Part shown: piece by piece, positions 1 to 12,495 of the stretch
Position numbering within the stretch: position 1 is the first letter of the stretch
Layout of the letters: the number at the start of each line of letters is the position of its first letter
Source: Mobula hypostoma
Lineage: Eukaryota
Length of the DNA stretch: 64,000 nt
Direction of reading: 5' to 3'
Assembly (NCBI RefSeq): GCF_963921235.1
Contig: NC_086100.1
Span: 203,548,001-203,612,000 of the forward strand
The notes under the pieces: generated by a model
What the model saw: only the letters and a program-made list of their open reading frames with translations
Told to the model about the DNA's origin: nothing
Database searches by the model: none
Program-made: the position numbers and the translations under genes

Positions 1-1110
1 TAGAAACCAAGCAGACTTGCTCATACTCGACTTCAGTAAGGCATTTGACACGGTCCCCAACCAGAGATTGGTACGTAAGCTTGAACATGTGGGCATTAAC
101 AACAGCCTTCTACACTGGTTAAACACGTTCTTTACCAACAGACAGCGACGTGTGCCTCTTGAGAGGGCAGAGTCCCCTGAATCTCCAGTAACATCCGGAG
201 TGCCCCAGGGAACCGTTTTGGGACCCTTATTTTTTCTCATTTACATCAACAACTTGCCAAATATGGGCAAGTCCAAAGCCGGACTTTTTGCAGATGACTG
301 CATAATTTACTGTGAGATAAAAATGAACAAGATGCTCAGCTGCTGCAAAACGATATTGATTCATTATGTCAATGGGAGTCTCAATGGCAAATGTCCTTTA
401 ACTCATCTAAATGTTATGCTATGCATGTCAGGCTCAAAGTTAAACCAATCAACACGACATATAACATGAATGGACAGATTCTTGAAACAGTCACCTACCA
501 CCCATATCTTGGTGTTGAAATTATCAAGGATCTTAACTGGGCATCCCACATCAATCAGGTTACAGCCAAAGCAAATAAAATGCTGGGTATCCTGAGAAGA
601 AAACTCCACTCATGTATTAAATGACATGGCATACAAGACACTCGTCTGTCCAAAACTTGAGTATTGCACTGCCATATTGGATCCCCATCAAGCTAACAAT
701 AAGAAGTCCATCGGAAAAAATCCAACACCGTGCTGCCCGCTTTGTGTTAAACGATTACAGCAGGAAATCCAGTGTCACCAACATGCTCTCTAACCTTCAG
801 TGGGAACCACTTGAAAACCGACCTATTAAACTACGGTTAATTTTCATTTTCAAAGAAGTTCACAACATCACTCCATCAAATAACCAAATTCGTCACAGAG
901 TCAGTTCAATTCGACAGAAAACTGGACCTCACATATTGGAACCTCCTTCAATCAATAAGATTTGCTACCAGTACTCCCTCTACCCAAGGTCAACAAGGGA
1001 GGGAATCTTCTGCCGCCAGACCTGCGCAGTATTTCTGACATTAATATTTTTAAAGATAGAGTCAATCTAATTGATTTAGGGAATCTAGTCAAAAAAGCCT
1101 TGTTTTACAG
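1..1110 (+). mobile_element. Degenerate LINE ORF2 reverse transcriptase fragment (CR1/L2 superclade), truncated by the window start
   Basis: LDFSKAFDTVP, SGVPQGTVLGP, LFADD, YLGV and EKIQHRAARFV spread across frameshifted ORFs. Confidence 0.88.
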
Positions 1111-1189
1111 TTTAACCCCCACACCGTTCACACCGACTGCGCGTTGTAACGGCCGTCCGGCAGCGCTTGCGCAGTACCGAGCAGAAAGA

Positions 1190-1565
1190 CCTCCAGCACC
1201 CAGGGCATGCACCCTTCTCGTTGTTACCACCAGGGGCGAGGTACGGAAGCCTGAAGGCACACACTCAGCGATTCAGGAACAGCTTCTTCCCCTCTGCCAT
1301 CCGATTCCCAAATGGACGTCGAAGTTTTGGACACTACCTCATTTTTAATATACAGTATTTCTGTTTTTGCACATTTTTGTTTTGCTCAAATAATCTATTC
1401 AATATACGTAATTAATTCACTTGTTTATTTATTTATAATGTTTTAATTTCTTTTATTTATTATCTTCTTTTTCGCTCTCTGTATTGCATTGAACTGCTGC
1501 TGCTAAGTTGACAAGTTTCACTACATGCCGGTGATAACAAACCTGATTCCGATTGTGATTCTGTT
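1190..1565 (+). mobile_element. Rex1/Babar-like LINE 3' fragment
   Basis: HPGHAPFSLLPPG.RY.SLKAHTQRFRNSFFPSAIR C-terminus, AT-rich 3' UTR and (tgattc)-type tail. Confidence 0.7.
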
Positions 1566-1569
1566 TTAT

Positions 1570-1981
1570 ACAGACGCACCAACAGTAACAGAAACATCGA
1601 GGAGCAGGCAGGGAGGCGGATTCTGGAAGGGTGCAACAATAATTCGGTGCTAGTAATGGGTAATTTTAACTTTCCTAAACTTGAATGGCGTCTCCTTAGA
1701 GGAAGGAGTTTGGATGGATTGGAGTTGGTTAGGTCTGTTCAGGAAGGTTTCCTGACGCAGTACGTAGATAAGCCAACTAGAGGAGAGGCTGTTCTTGATC
1801 TGGTATTGGGAAATGAACCTGGTCAGTGTGAGATTGTTCGGTGAGTGAGCGTTTTGGCGGTAGTGATCACCTCTCATCTACTTCACCATAGCGCTGGAGC
1901 GAGATAGGAGCACACCGTATAGATAAACATTTAATTTGGGTAGGGGGAGATAGCATGCTATTAGGCAGAAAGTCAGGAGCA
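1570..1981 (+). mobile_element. CR1-like LINE endonuclease fragment
   Basis: VMGNFNFP...FLTQYVDKPTRGEAVLDLVLGNEPG. Confidence 0.75.
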
Positions 1982-1983
1982 TA

Positions 1984-3412
1984 CAGTGGTATGCAAAGGT
2001 TTGGGCACCCCTTGCCAAAATTTCTGTTATTGTGAATAGCTAAGCGAGAAAAAGATGACCTGATTTCCAAAAGGCGTAAAGTTAAAGACGACACATTTCT
2101 TTAATATTTTAAGCAAGTTTTTTTATTTCCATCTTTTATGGTTTCAAAATAACAAAAAATGAAAAGTGCCTGAAGCAAACGTTTAGGCACCCTGCATGGT
2201 CAGTACCTAGTAACACCCCCTTTGGCAAGTATCACAGATTGTAAACGCTTTTTGTAACCAGCTAAGAGTCTTTCAAATCTTGTTTGGGGAATTTTCGCCC
2301 CTTCTTCTTTGCAAAAGGCTTCTAGTTCTGTGAGATTCTTGGGCCGACTTGCATGCACTGCTCTTTTGAGGTCTATCCACAGATTTTCAATGATGTTTAG
2401 GTCAGGGGACTGTGAGGGCCATGGCAAAACCTTCAGCTTGCGCCTCTTGAGGTAGCCCATTGTGGATTTTGAGGTGTGTTTAGGATCATTATCCTGTTGC
2501 AGAAGCCATCCTCTTTTTAGCTTCAGCTTTTTTACCAGAATTTGCTGGTATTTAATTGAAATCATTCTTCCCTCTACCCGTGAAATGTTCCCCGTGCCAC
2601 GGACTGCAACACAAGCCCAAAGCATGATCGATCCACCGCCGTGCTTAACAGTTGAAGAGGTGTTCTTTTTGTGAAATTCTGCACCCTTTTTTCTCCAAAC
2701 AAACCTTTGCTCATCGTGGCCAAAAAGTTATATTTAAACTTCATCAGTCCACGGGACTTGTTTCCAAAATGCATCAGGCTTGGTTACTTGTCCCTTTGCA
2801 AACTTCTGATGCTGAATTTTGTGGTGAGGACGCAGGAAAGGTTTTCTTCTGATGGCTCTTCCATGAAGGTCATATTTGTACAGGTGTCGCTGCACCACCA
2901 CTCCAGAGTCTGCTAAATCTTCCTGAAGGTCTTTCACAGTCAAACGGGGGTTTTGATTTGCCTTTCTAGCAATCCTACGAGCAGTTCTCTCGGAAAGTTT
3001 TCTTGGTCTTTCAGACCTCAACTTGACCTCCACCCTTCCTGTTAACTGCCATTTCTTAATTACATTACGATCTGAGGAAATGGCTACCTGAAAACGCTTT
3101 GCTATCTTCTTATAGCCTTCTCCTGCTTTGTGGGCATCGATTATTTTAATCTCCAGAGTGCTAGCAGCTGCTTAGAGGAGCCCATGGCTGCTGATTGTTG
3201 GGACAAGGTTTGAGGAGCCAGGGTATTTATAAAGCTTTGAAATTTGCATAACCTGGCCTTTCCTGACGATGATTGTGAACAAGCCGTAGCCCTAACAAGC
3301 TAATTGAGGTCTGAGACCTTGGTAAAAGTTATCTGAGAGCTCAAATCTCTTGAGGTGACCCAGCCTTTGTATGGTGCTTATTTCTTTTTTTCACTCTAAA
3401 ATTGTACAAAAC
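1984..3412 (-). mobile_element. Defective Tc1-family (DD34E) DNA transposon with IR/DR-type ends; one end missing
   Basis: TA|CAGTGGTATGCAAAGGTTTGGGCACCC terminus at 1982-2010 with internal repeat copies near 2175 and (inverted) near 3355; transposase pieces WTDE, QQDNDPKH-WPSQSPDLNIIENLW with 34 residues between D and E. Confidence 0.9.
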
Positions 3413-4460
3413 GAGGACTTCCGCCTGTGGCTCGATGGAGTAATACATAAATTTTGCGGCTGCTTTTAATTCTTCCTTTTCCCCTGTTCAAACCTTGAAT
3501 TTTTAACTTTTATTTCTTGGATCTTAGAGGGAAAGAGTTGTCATTATGTCATATCCTATAAGAAGTGGAAAGCAGCCTTCTGAACCCAGCAATGGAAAGG
3601 GAAAAACTTTGAAAGAAAAATCAGAAGATATGCCTGTCTGGGCTGAGCGTTTGGAACATGCGTTAATGGCTCTCGACAACAAAATAGACAATAACACTTC
3701 TGAGTTGAAGTCGTTCCGACAAAGTTTTCAGATAATTGAGGAAAATATTATTTCCTTGAATCCTGAGTTTAAAGAATCGGAACGTCAGACTGTGGATATT
3801 TGAACCCGCTTGGAACAGGCTCAACGTAAAATTGTCGATTTAGAGGCGAAGTCTCGTCGGAATAACATTCCAATTATCGGACTGAAGGAAGGTTCTGAGA
3901 GTGGGAATTTATTGGACTATTTTGTTAGTTTGTTTCAATCTTTGTTTCCGGATATCTTACCTCAGCCTCCCGATATTGAAAGAGCTCATAGAATTTCCAT
4001 ACTGAATTCTCAGATCTCAGGTAAAACTCGGCCAATTTTGGTCAATTTTCTTCGCTTTAAAGTTAAAGACCAAATCATAAAATGTGCAAGGAAACAAGAG
4101 TTTTTAAATATAACGGTTCCGAGATCCGTTTTTATGAAGACTATCCACGGGAAATTATGGGACAGCGGATGAAAGTGGTCCCAGCTATGAAAATTGCTCA
4201 TGCAAAGGGACTTTTTCCATCGCTTCACTACCCCGCTAGGTTAAAATTATTTCCTAAAGATTCTACACCTCGTGTGTTTTCGGATCCGCAAGTGGTATTG
4301 GACCTTGTTAATTCTATCATGGAGTCGGCTGACGCATGAAGGATGTTTGGGTTGCTGAATAACTTTCTGAAAGAAAACAGGCTTTGAAGATTTTTGATAA
4401 GCTGAAGATATCCTTTGATCGATGAACTATTTAAAGAAGAGGTGAACTTTGTGGTTTGAC
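3413..4460 (+). mobile_element. L1-clade LINE 5' UTR plus disrupted ORF1 (3546-4339); no ORF2
   Basis: Coiled coil then LEAKSRRNNI.IIGLKEG, DIERAHR, RPILVNF, IRFYEDY, YPARL; one stop and one frameshift. Confidence 0.88.
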
Positions 4461-4464
4461 TAAT

Positions 4465-4905
4465 GAATGCCTCTTCACCTTCCCTCTCCTGACTGTGACC
4501 CACTTATCTGTCTCCACTGGCGCCGGAGTGACTTCCTGCCTATAGCTCCTCTCTATCACCTCCTCACTCTCCCGGACCAGACGAAGGTTATCGAGCTGCA
4601 GCTCCAGTTCCCTAACTGCAGCTCGACGCACCTGGTGCAGATGTGGCCGTCCGGGAGGCTGGGAGTCTCCAGGACCTCCTACATCTGACACCAAGCGCAG
4701 AAAACCGGCCTCACACACATACTTTCTGTTTGTATTCTACTCAAGTAACCTACCTCGCCTCGACCCTTTATGGCCGAAGCCTCGTTGAGCCAAAGCCTTT
4801 CTACACCGTCTCCCTCTACTCTGTTGCCCGCTGTATAAAGCGGTTAAAAAAAACTCTTCCCTCTGGCTGAAGTCCACCCGCTTGCGCAGTCGTGCCCCGT
4901 TCAAA
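4465..4905 (-). mobile_element. CR1-like LINE 5' end / ORF1 start fragment
   Basis: VRELELQLDNLRLVRESEEVIERS, homologous to 53400-53900 in this window. Confidence 0.85.
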
Positions 4906-5239
4906 CGCCGAAGAAATAAAGAGGCAGTTCCAACCCCTCAACTTCTTCATTGTTCTATTTCTCCTCTAGTGAAGATCTGCCCGACTTATTCAAGACCTCG
5001 CTTGTCTCCTTGGTTAATAAAATACCTATTTCTGTTTAATCTTTCCGAGTCTCTGTGTGATCCTGTGCTTGGGTGCGGAGATACAGCGTGACACTGATAG
5101 ATTAAGAAATGTATTTATTAGAAGTGATTACAAGTTACTGAAACATTGATTTTAGCCCTTGTGGAGAACTGTCTTCTTCCGTCGCAATCGCGTTACCTCG
5201 CTGTGAAAAGGAAGCAATGTATTTGAGTCATACGGGATG

Positions 5240-5575
5240 GTGTATGCCAACCATTTCCCGTGGCCAGCAATCACCAATCGAGGTTTGACTCCCGCCACTA
5301 TCTGAAAGGAGTTTGTGGATTCTTTCCATGACCATGCTGGTTTCCTCTGTGTGCCCAGCTTCCTCCCAGAGACCACAGGTTTTTCGATAGAGAGGGGGTT
5401 TAAAGATTAAAGGTGATGTGTGCCACAAGGATGAGTAAGTTGTGGGCAAGTTACGTTGGCGCTACAAGCGTGGTGACACTTGCCGGCAGGCCCCAGCACA
5501 ATCCTCCCTGACACAAGTGACACATTTCACTCATTGTTTGACGTACCTGTGACGAAGACCATCTTTAATCTTTAA
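5240..5575 (+). mobile_element. HE1/V-SINE-like element (related copies near 10130-10290 and 41150-41760 on the minus strand)
   Basis: Degenerate GGGTTTCCTCCGGGTGCTCCGGTTTCCTCCC core motif and (atcttt)-type tail; family call from memory. Confidence 0.55.
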
Positions 5576-5579
5576 AGCC

Positions 5580-7720
5580 CCTTCGATTGAAAGGCTTTTT
5601 GATGTTGTTAATGTACCTGTCTCTTCCACCAGCAGCTCATTCCATTCCGTATTCTCACCACCCTCTGCGTGAAAATAATCTCCCTCCAGTCCGTTTTTAA
5701 ATCTCTCCCCTTCTCTCAGGAAACCAGTGCTCCCTTTGGAAGATCCCGTTTCCTGGGATAAACACTGAAAGTGTCCACCTCATCTATGGCCCCCAGAATT
5801 TTAGTATGCACCTGCAAGGTCGTCCCTCGGTCCTCTGCTCGCCAAGGATTAAATTCCAAAGGTACCTATCACCTTGATGTAACACTGGCCCTCGAGAACC
5901 AGTAGCATCCTCCACAATCTCCTGCACTCTTTCCAGATCAATAAGTTGGGGGGATTATCTAATGCGAGGGGACGCATTTTAATGTGCTTGGAGGAAAGTA
6001 CAGGCGGGAATGTCAGAGGAAGGATTTTTACACAGAGATTGGTGGGTGCGTGGAACTTCCTGTCAGGGTTCGTGGTGGAAGCAGATACATCAGGAGTCTC
6101 ATTAACAGCACAGGCACCGACCTATCAGTCCATCATCCTTGTGGACCAAAGACTGATCTGAGATTGATCCTATAGACTAATCGTAGAGTAGGGTCTGTTT
6201 CTGTGCTGTACGTTTCCATGTTCAAACATCATAGCACAGGACAGGTCCTTCGGCCCACTATATTATGACAAAATTTTAAGATCAATCCAGTCCTTCCCTC
6301 CCACATAGCCCCCCAGTTTTCTGTCATCCATATGCCCATCTCAGACATCCCCCCGCCCCCCGCCCCGGTATATTTTCCTCTAGTCACCGAGAAACTATGC
6401 CCCGTCGAATCGGCCATTTCTGTATCGGAAAACAGTCTCTGGCCATCCACTTGATCTATGTCTCTTATCATCTTGTATAGCTCTGTCAAATCTCCTTCTT
6501 CACTCCAAAGAGGAAATCGCGCTCAACTTATCTTCATCAGACACGCTCTCTAATCCAGACAGCATCCTGGCGAATCTCCTGTGCCTTCCGATAAATGAGC
6601 GACCAGAACTGAACGAGACCCTGGTTGTGTCTAACCAGGGTTTTATAGAACTGCAACATTACCTCGTGGCTCTTGAACTCAACCCCCCAAATAATGAAGG
6701 CCAGCACAACGTACGCCTTCGTAAACACCCTGTAAACTTGCGTGATGGCTTTGAGGGATCTGTGGACGTAGATCCCAAGATCTCTCTGTTCTTCCTCACC
6801 GCTGAGAATCCTGCCATTCAGCCTGCGTTGTGTTGCTGTGCTAAACGGCCTTTCCCTCTGATCATTTTGTGGAATCTGATACCGCTGGCTTAAGCCCAGC
6901 GTCCGGCCTGTCAGTGCGTGACGGTGTGAGGGAGGGGAAACCATCTTCTACCTTTGTCTCCTCGGAATTACACGGCGGGTGATCATCTCCTTTGACTGCT
7001 ACTATCCTTCGGGCGAAGAACCCATCTAGTCCTTGCCGACCGATACTCTGTCTAGTCCCACTGATTTGCACCAGGATCACAGCCCTCCAGACCCCTCCGA
7101 CCTGTATATACTTATCCAAACTTAACTGTTGAAATGAATATCGCATCCACCACTTCCGCTGGCAGCTTGTTCCACACGCTGACCACCCTCTGAGGGAAGA
7201 GGTTCCCCCTCATGTTCCCCTTAAACATTTCACTTTCACCCTTAGTCCTTGACCTCCATTCTTGTGCAACTTCTGCGGGAAAAACCCGCTTGCATGTACC
7301 CAATCTATTTCCCTCATAATTCTGTATCCCTCGATCGAATCTCATCTCAGTCTTCCGCTTTCCTGGGAATAAAGTCCCAGCCTATTCAACATTTCCCTAT
7401 ATTCCATTTCGAAAAGGCCCGGCAACATTGTAGGCCGAAGAGCCGGCACTGTGCTGTAACGGATTTATTCTAACAACCCTATAAAGTGTTTAATCTTGCC
7501 TGTAGTTAATGGACCAGAATTTCAAATGAGGCTTCTTGAACGTTTCTACAACTTCACCATAACGTCCCACCTCCTGTACTCAGTACTTTGTGTTTTGAAG
7601 GTCAATGTGCCGAAAGCTTTCTATACGACTCTCTCTACCCGTGAAGCCACTTTCACTGAATTGTAGACCTGTATTCCCCGATACCCTCTGTTCTAATGCG
7701 CTCCTCAGTGAACGGTGGGA
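5580..7720. mobile_element. Cluster of degenerate CR1-like LINE 3' fragments in both orientations
   Basis: FFTQRVV..WN.LP, QRDLG..VH.SLK and MLQ.YKTLVR motifs. Confidence 0.75.
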
Positions 7721-7917
7721 GGACCTCACACATGACCAACCCGCTCTGCATGCTGACCCTGGATAGGAAGAGGCCCACAGGAGAAGGCCGCATCCAGCCC
7801 TGAGGAATGGTGTCAGGGAGGTAGGAGGGAAGCGCGGGCTGCGGTGGGCTGGCTGGCGGTAAGCTGTCAAACTCGCCATATCGCCCTCGCACAGTGAGGA
7901 TCTCCGCGGGATCTCAC

Positions 7918-7956
7918 CTGGTGCGGCCCGGTGGTATCCAGCGATGGCGGCCTCAT
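7918..7956 (-). CDS. A2M: A2M-like exon (exon 35 equivalent): DEAAIAGYHRAAP
   Basis: gtcag acceptor, CAG|gtgag donor, 39 bp, phase 1 to 1; resembles human DEFAIAEYNAPC. Confidence 0.8.
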
Positions 7957-8713
7957 CTGACGGAGATAAAAATGGGAGGGATCCAATAGTCAGATGGGCT
8001 GGAGGAAGGGAGGGGAGAGAAAGGGAGTGGAGTGGAGAGGAGGAGACGTCACTCTCCAGGAGCTTGGAGGGTCTGCAGGAGACGGAGGGGAAGATGTGGC
8101 AGTAGGGACGAGTGTGGGTAGGAGGCAATGGTGATGCTAGAGCGTGATTGTGCAGAACAGGGTGAGGACAAGCTGTCAGAGCGTGAGTGCAGGGAGGTCA
8201 AATATGTGCACGGAGGATGGTGCTGGGTCCGGGGCTGGGTGGGATGGGCGTGCAGAACGAGTTGAGGGGACCGAGGGGCGACGGGCTAGGAGAATCAGGG
8301 GAGATGGGAACAGAGTGGACGGAGAGTGGGGGCGTATCGGGTGGAGAGGAGTTTGACGGAAGGATGTGATGCAGTGACGAGTGGATGGAGTAGCAGTGAG
8401 TGGTCCAGAATATGTGAAAAGGAATACGGAGGGGTTTGAGGGAGAGACAAGAATGTGAGTGCAGAGGAGTGAATATGTGGATGGGTAGGGTGTTGAGGAG
8501 AGGGAGCTGTGTAGAGGGATATGGAAGGGGTAAGGAGAAGGATTGGAGGGAGGGATGCCGAGTGGTCTGAGGGTGTAAGAAGTGATATTGAGTGGGATTG
8601 CGGAGAGCGCGGTGGGGCAGAAACCGCTGAGCAGAGAGCAGGGAGGAGGTGTGTCCGGTGGCAGGGTGGCAGTGACTGGTTCGGAAAGACAAAGGGAGGG
8701 GCCAGGTGCCTAC

Positions 8714-8819
8714 CCGTCTCGTAGTAGTCGTAGACGGTCACATAGGCGTCCTGAAGATTCTCCACCACGAAGTCTCGGTGAAGAGGAACAGGCACTTCGA
8801 TAGGCAGGAGCTTGTGCAT
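8714..8819 (-). CDS. A2M: A2M-like exon (exon 34 equivalent): MHKLLPIEVPVPLHRDFVVENLQDAYVTVYDYYET
   Basis: tacag acceptor, G|gtagg donor, 106 bp, phase 0 to 1. Confidence 0.92.
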
Positions 8820-8965
8820 CTGTAGGGCGAGCGGTGGGTTGGCGATTCAGTACGAAATCTCCTCCGCGCGTCCCGTGCTCCCCCAACGTCCCAGACGCAC
8901 CTCTCCCTCCCACCCAACCGTCAGGACCAAGCTGAGACAGATGGGTCGGGGTGGTCGCCACTCAC

Positions 8966-9034
8966 CTCTGGAATGTACATCAGCAAGTGCCCGTCTTGTG
9001 TCTCTGACCTGCTCACACGAGGATGGCTCGGCTT
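8966..9034 (-). CDS. A2M: A2M-like exon (exon 33 equivalent): KPSHPRVSRSETQDGHLLMYIPE
   Basis: (CT)n tract plus gacag acceptor, GAG|gtgagt donor, 69 bp, phase 0 to 0. Confidence 0.88.
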
Positions 9035-9039
9035 CTGTC

Positions 9040-9073
<34 letters not shown>

Positions 9074-9147
9074 ATTTATAAAGATGAAAAAGATCGAACA
9101 TCGGCCTTTTCTTTACGTCTGCCTGAAGCGGTCCCAAGCCCGGCTGT

Positions 9148-9900
9148 GAACATAAGAACATAAGAAATAGGAACAGACGTCGGCCATCTGGCCCATCGAG
9201 CCTGTTCTGCCATTCAATACGATCATGACTGAGTTGGCCATGGACTCATCTCCTAGACCTACCTGTCCTTCCCCATAACTCTTAAATTCCCTACTATGGA
9301 AGCGTCTATCCAAAGTTATCTTAAATATATTTACTAATGTAGCCTCCACTGCTTATTGGGCAGAGAATTCCACAGATTCACCACTCTCTGGGAAAAGCAG
9401 TTCCTCCTCATCTCCATCCTCAATCTACACCCCCGAATCTTGAGGCTATGCCTCCTAGTTCTAGTCTCACCTCCCAGTGGAAACAACTTTCCTGCCTCTA
9501 TCTTACCTATCCCTTTCATGATTTTATATGTTTCTATAACATCTCCTCCCATTCTTCTGAATTCCAACGAGTACAGTCACAGGCGACTCAATCTCTGCCT
9601 GTAGTCTAACACCCTCATCTCTGGAGTCAACCTGGTGAACGTCCTCTGCATCACCTCCAAAGCCAGTATACTCTTCCTCAAGTAAGGAGACCAGAAATGC
9701 ACGCAGTACTCCAGATCCGGCCACACCAATACCCTGTAGAGTTGCAGTATAAACTCCCTGCTCAATCCCTCTATTAATGAAGAGCAATATTCCATTGGCA
9801 AACTTGATAGCCTGCTGCACCTGCAACCCACCCTTCTGTGATTTATGTACAAGCACTCCCAAGTTCTTCTGCACGAGAGGTCTGGAAGCGCCAACTGAAG
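9148..9900 (-). mobile_element. CR1-like LINE 3' fragment with 8-bp tandem tail
   Basis: LEYCVHFWSPYLRK and FSQRVVNLWNSLP; (cataagaa)n tail at 9148-9168. Confidence 0.85.
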
Positions 9901-10613
9901 CTCGGAAGATTGCATCCCTGTGAGAGGAAGAATCGATCAACAAGTTGGATTACTTCTGTGGACAAGCGAAAGAGTGGCCTAGGACAGCGGAATTTAGCGA
10001 GCTACTGTCGTCGGCTTTGTGATGGGCTCAACTATCTAAAGATGAATTTGACTTGGTCCCATAAACGTCAAAACATAACCTGAAATGTGTCATTTTCTAT
10101 CGGCACATTCCGAGGGTGTGCTGGGTGTAGCCCGCAGTGTCACTACGCACCTTTGGAGTGTGGGAGGAATCCGGGGCTCCCGGGGGAAGCCCTTATAGCC
10201 CCGGGCAGAAGGAATACACTCCAACAGAGGGTGGAAATAGAACCGCCATCGTCAACACTGCAGTAACATTACGTCAGCAGTTACGTCACCGTGGCGTCCT
10301 TGGGAACCGCGACTGGAGATACCACAGGGAGATTTCAGATGCAGGAAATCGGAAGAAACACCCAAGATAACATTACGACTCTGCAGTTGACAGACGGTCG
10401 CTCTTTCGAAGTAAGACCCCAGCTCCAGGGACAGCTCTGGGATGGTGATGGGAGTTCTTACAAACAAACCCTTGACGGACAAAACGTGGATGGCCAATGG
10501 TTCATACGGGTTTGGTGGGACTGGAGTGGGGAGTCAGCAAGGGCCGATTCACTACCCACCCTCCCTGATCCACAGTTAGGGTCAGGAACACCGGGGCCAA
10601 ACCCTCTATTCAC

Positions 10614-10686
10614 CTGAGCAGAGTACCCGGAAAGCATCTTCACATCCACGATGACCATGTTGGAGACGTTACGAGACCCGACGTAC
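10614..10686 (-). CDS. A2M: A2M-like exon (exon 32 equivalent): YVGSRNVSNMVIVDVKMLSGYSAQ
   Basis: cttag acceptor, CAG|gtgaat donor, 73 bp, phase 2 to 0. Confidence 0.88.
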
Positions 10687-10799
10687 CTAAGGGGGGGGCG
10701 GGGGGAGGGGGACGTGCAGAAAGCAGCCGCTGTTAGAGACGGATTCATGGAGGGATTTTTTCGAGAATCACACACAGTAAAAACGGCCAAGATCAGGGG

Positions 10800-12400
10800 A
10801 ATCACAAATCGAGACACGGTCGGGAACGAGTGAAATCACTCCCTTGGAACACGGACAGGATCTGGGTAATCACACCGAGAGACACATGGCCGGAATCCAG
10901 TGAAATCACTCCCAGGAACACACGTTCGGGATCTAGTGAAATCACTCCAGGGACAAACGGTCAGGAACTAGTGAAATCACTCCCAGGGCACACAGATAGG
11001 ATCTGAGGAATCATTCACAGTTACACACCGTTGGAATCGAGTGAACTCTCTGTCTTGGAACACCGTCAGGTTCTAGGGAATTACTCCCAGGGACACACTG
11101 TCGAAATCTAATGACACCCAGGGACACACAGACAGAGTCTGGGGAACAACTCCCAAGGACACACGGTCGGAATCTCGTGACATCACTCCCTTGGAACACG
11201 GGCAGGATATGGAGAATCACTCCCAGCGACAGACGGTCGGATTCTAGTGAAATCATTCCCGGTGACACCCACACTAGGTCTGGGGAATTACTCCCAGGGA
11301 TACACGGTCGGAATCTCGTGACATCACTCCCAAAGAACACGGACAGGATCTGAAGGAACACTCCCAGGGACACACGACCGGAATATAGTGAAATCATTCC
11401 CAGGGACACACGCACAGGGTCTGGGGGATCACTCCCAGGGACGCGCGGTCGGGATTTAGTGAAATCACTGGCAGGGATCACACTGTTAGAATCTAGTGAA
11501 ATCACCCCCAGGGACACATGGACAGGGTCTGGGGAATCACTCCCAGGGGCACCAAGGTGGAATCCCATGAAATCACCCCCAGAGGCAAACGTACAGGGTC
11601 TGGGGAATCACTCCCAGGGACACACAGTCGGGATCTAGTGAAATCACCCCCAGGGTCACATGGACAGGGTCTGGCAAGTCACTCCCAATGACACACGCAC
11701 AGCGTCTGGGGAATCACTCCCAGGAACGCACGGTCGGGATCTAGTGAAATCACTCCAGGGACACATTGTCTGAATCTACTGAAATCAATCCAGGGACACA
11801 CGGACTGAGTTTGGGGAATCACTAACAGGGACACACGGGGAGAACCTAGTGAAATCACCCCCAGGGTCACATGGACAGGGTCTGGGGAATCACTCCCAGG
11901 GGCACACCGTCGGAATATTTTGAAACCACACTCAGAGACACACGAACAGAGTCTGAGGAATCACTCCCTGGGGTACCAGGGTGGAATCCCGTGAAATCAC
12001 CCCCAGAGGCAAACGTACAGGGTCAGAGGAATCACTCCCAGGGACACACGGTCGGGATCTAGTGAAAGCAGTCCCATGAACACAGACACGATCTCTGGAA
12101 TCACTACCAGGGACACACGTTCGGGATCTGGTGAAGTCACTCCCAGTGAACATGGTCAGAATGTCAGGAGTCTCTACCAGGGACACATGCACAGGGTCTG
12201 GGGAATTCGAAACAGGGACACGGTCGAGATCTAGTGAAATCACTCCCAGGGATCATGGACAGGGTCTGGGAAAATCATTCCCAGGGACACACACTTGCGA
12301 TCTAGCGAAAGCACTCCCAGGAGACATGGATTGGGTCTTGGGAATTGCTCCCGGGGCAAACGGTTGGTATCGAGTGAAACCACTCCCAGGAAACACTGAT
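10800..12400. repeat. About 35-36 bp tandem satellite with two alternating unit types
   Basis: AATCACTCCCAGGGACACACGGTCGGGATCTAGTGA alternating with ...GGACAGGGTCTGGGG units. Confidence 0.92.
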
Positions 12401-12495
12401 CCTCTCTCACACTGGTCCCACGTTGCACCGCGAATGGAAGCCCCACTGTCCCCACCTTCCTCCCCACTCCCACTTTGGACCTGTCTGGCACTCAC

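Noticed and set aside
10800..12400. CRISPR-like 36-bp periodicity
   Set aside because: Units are contiguous with no unique spacers; eukaryotic intron; no cas genes
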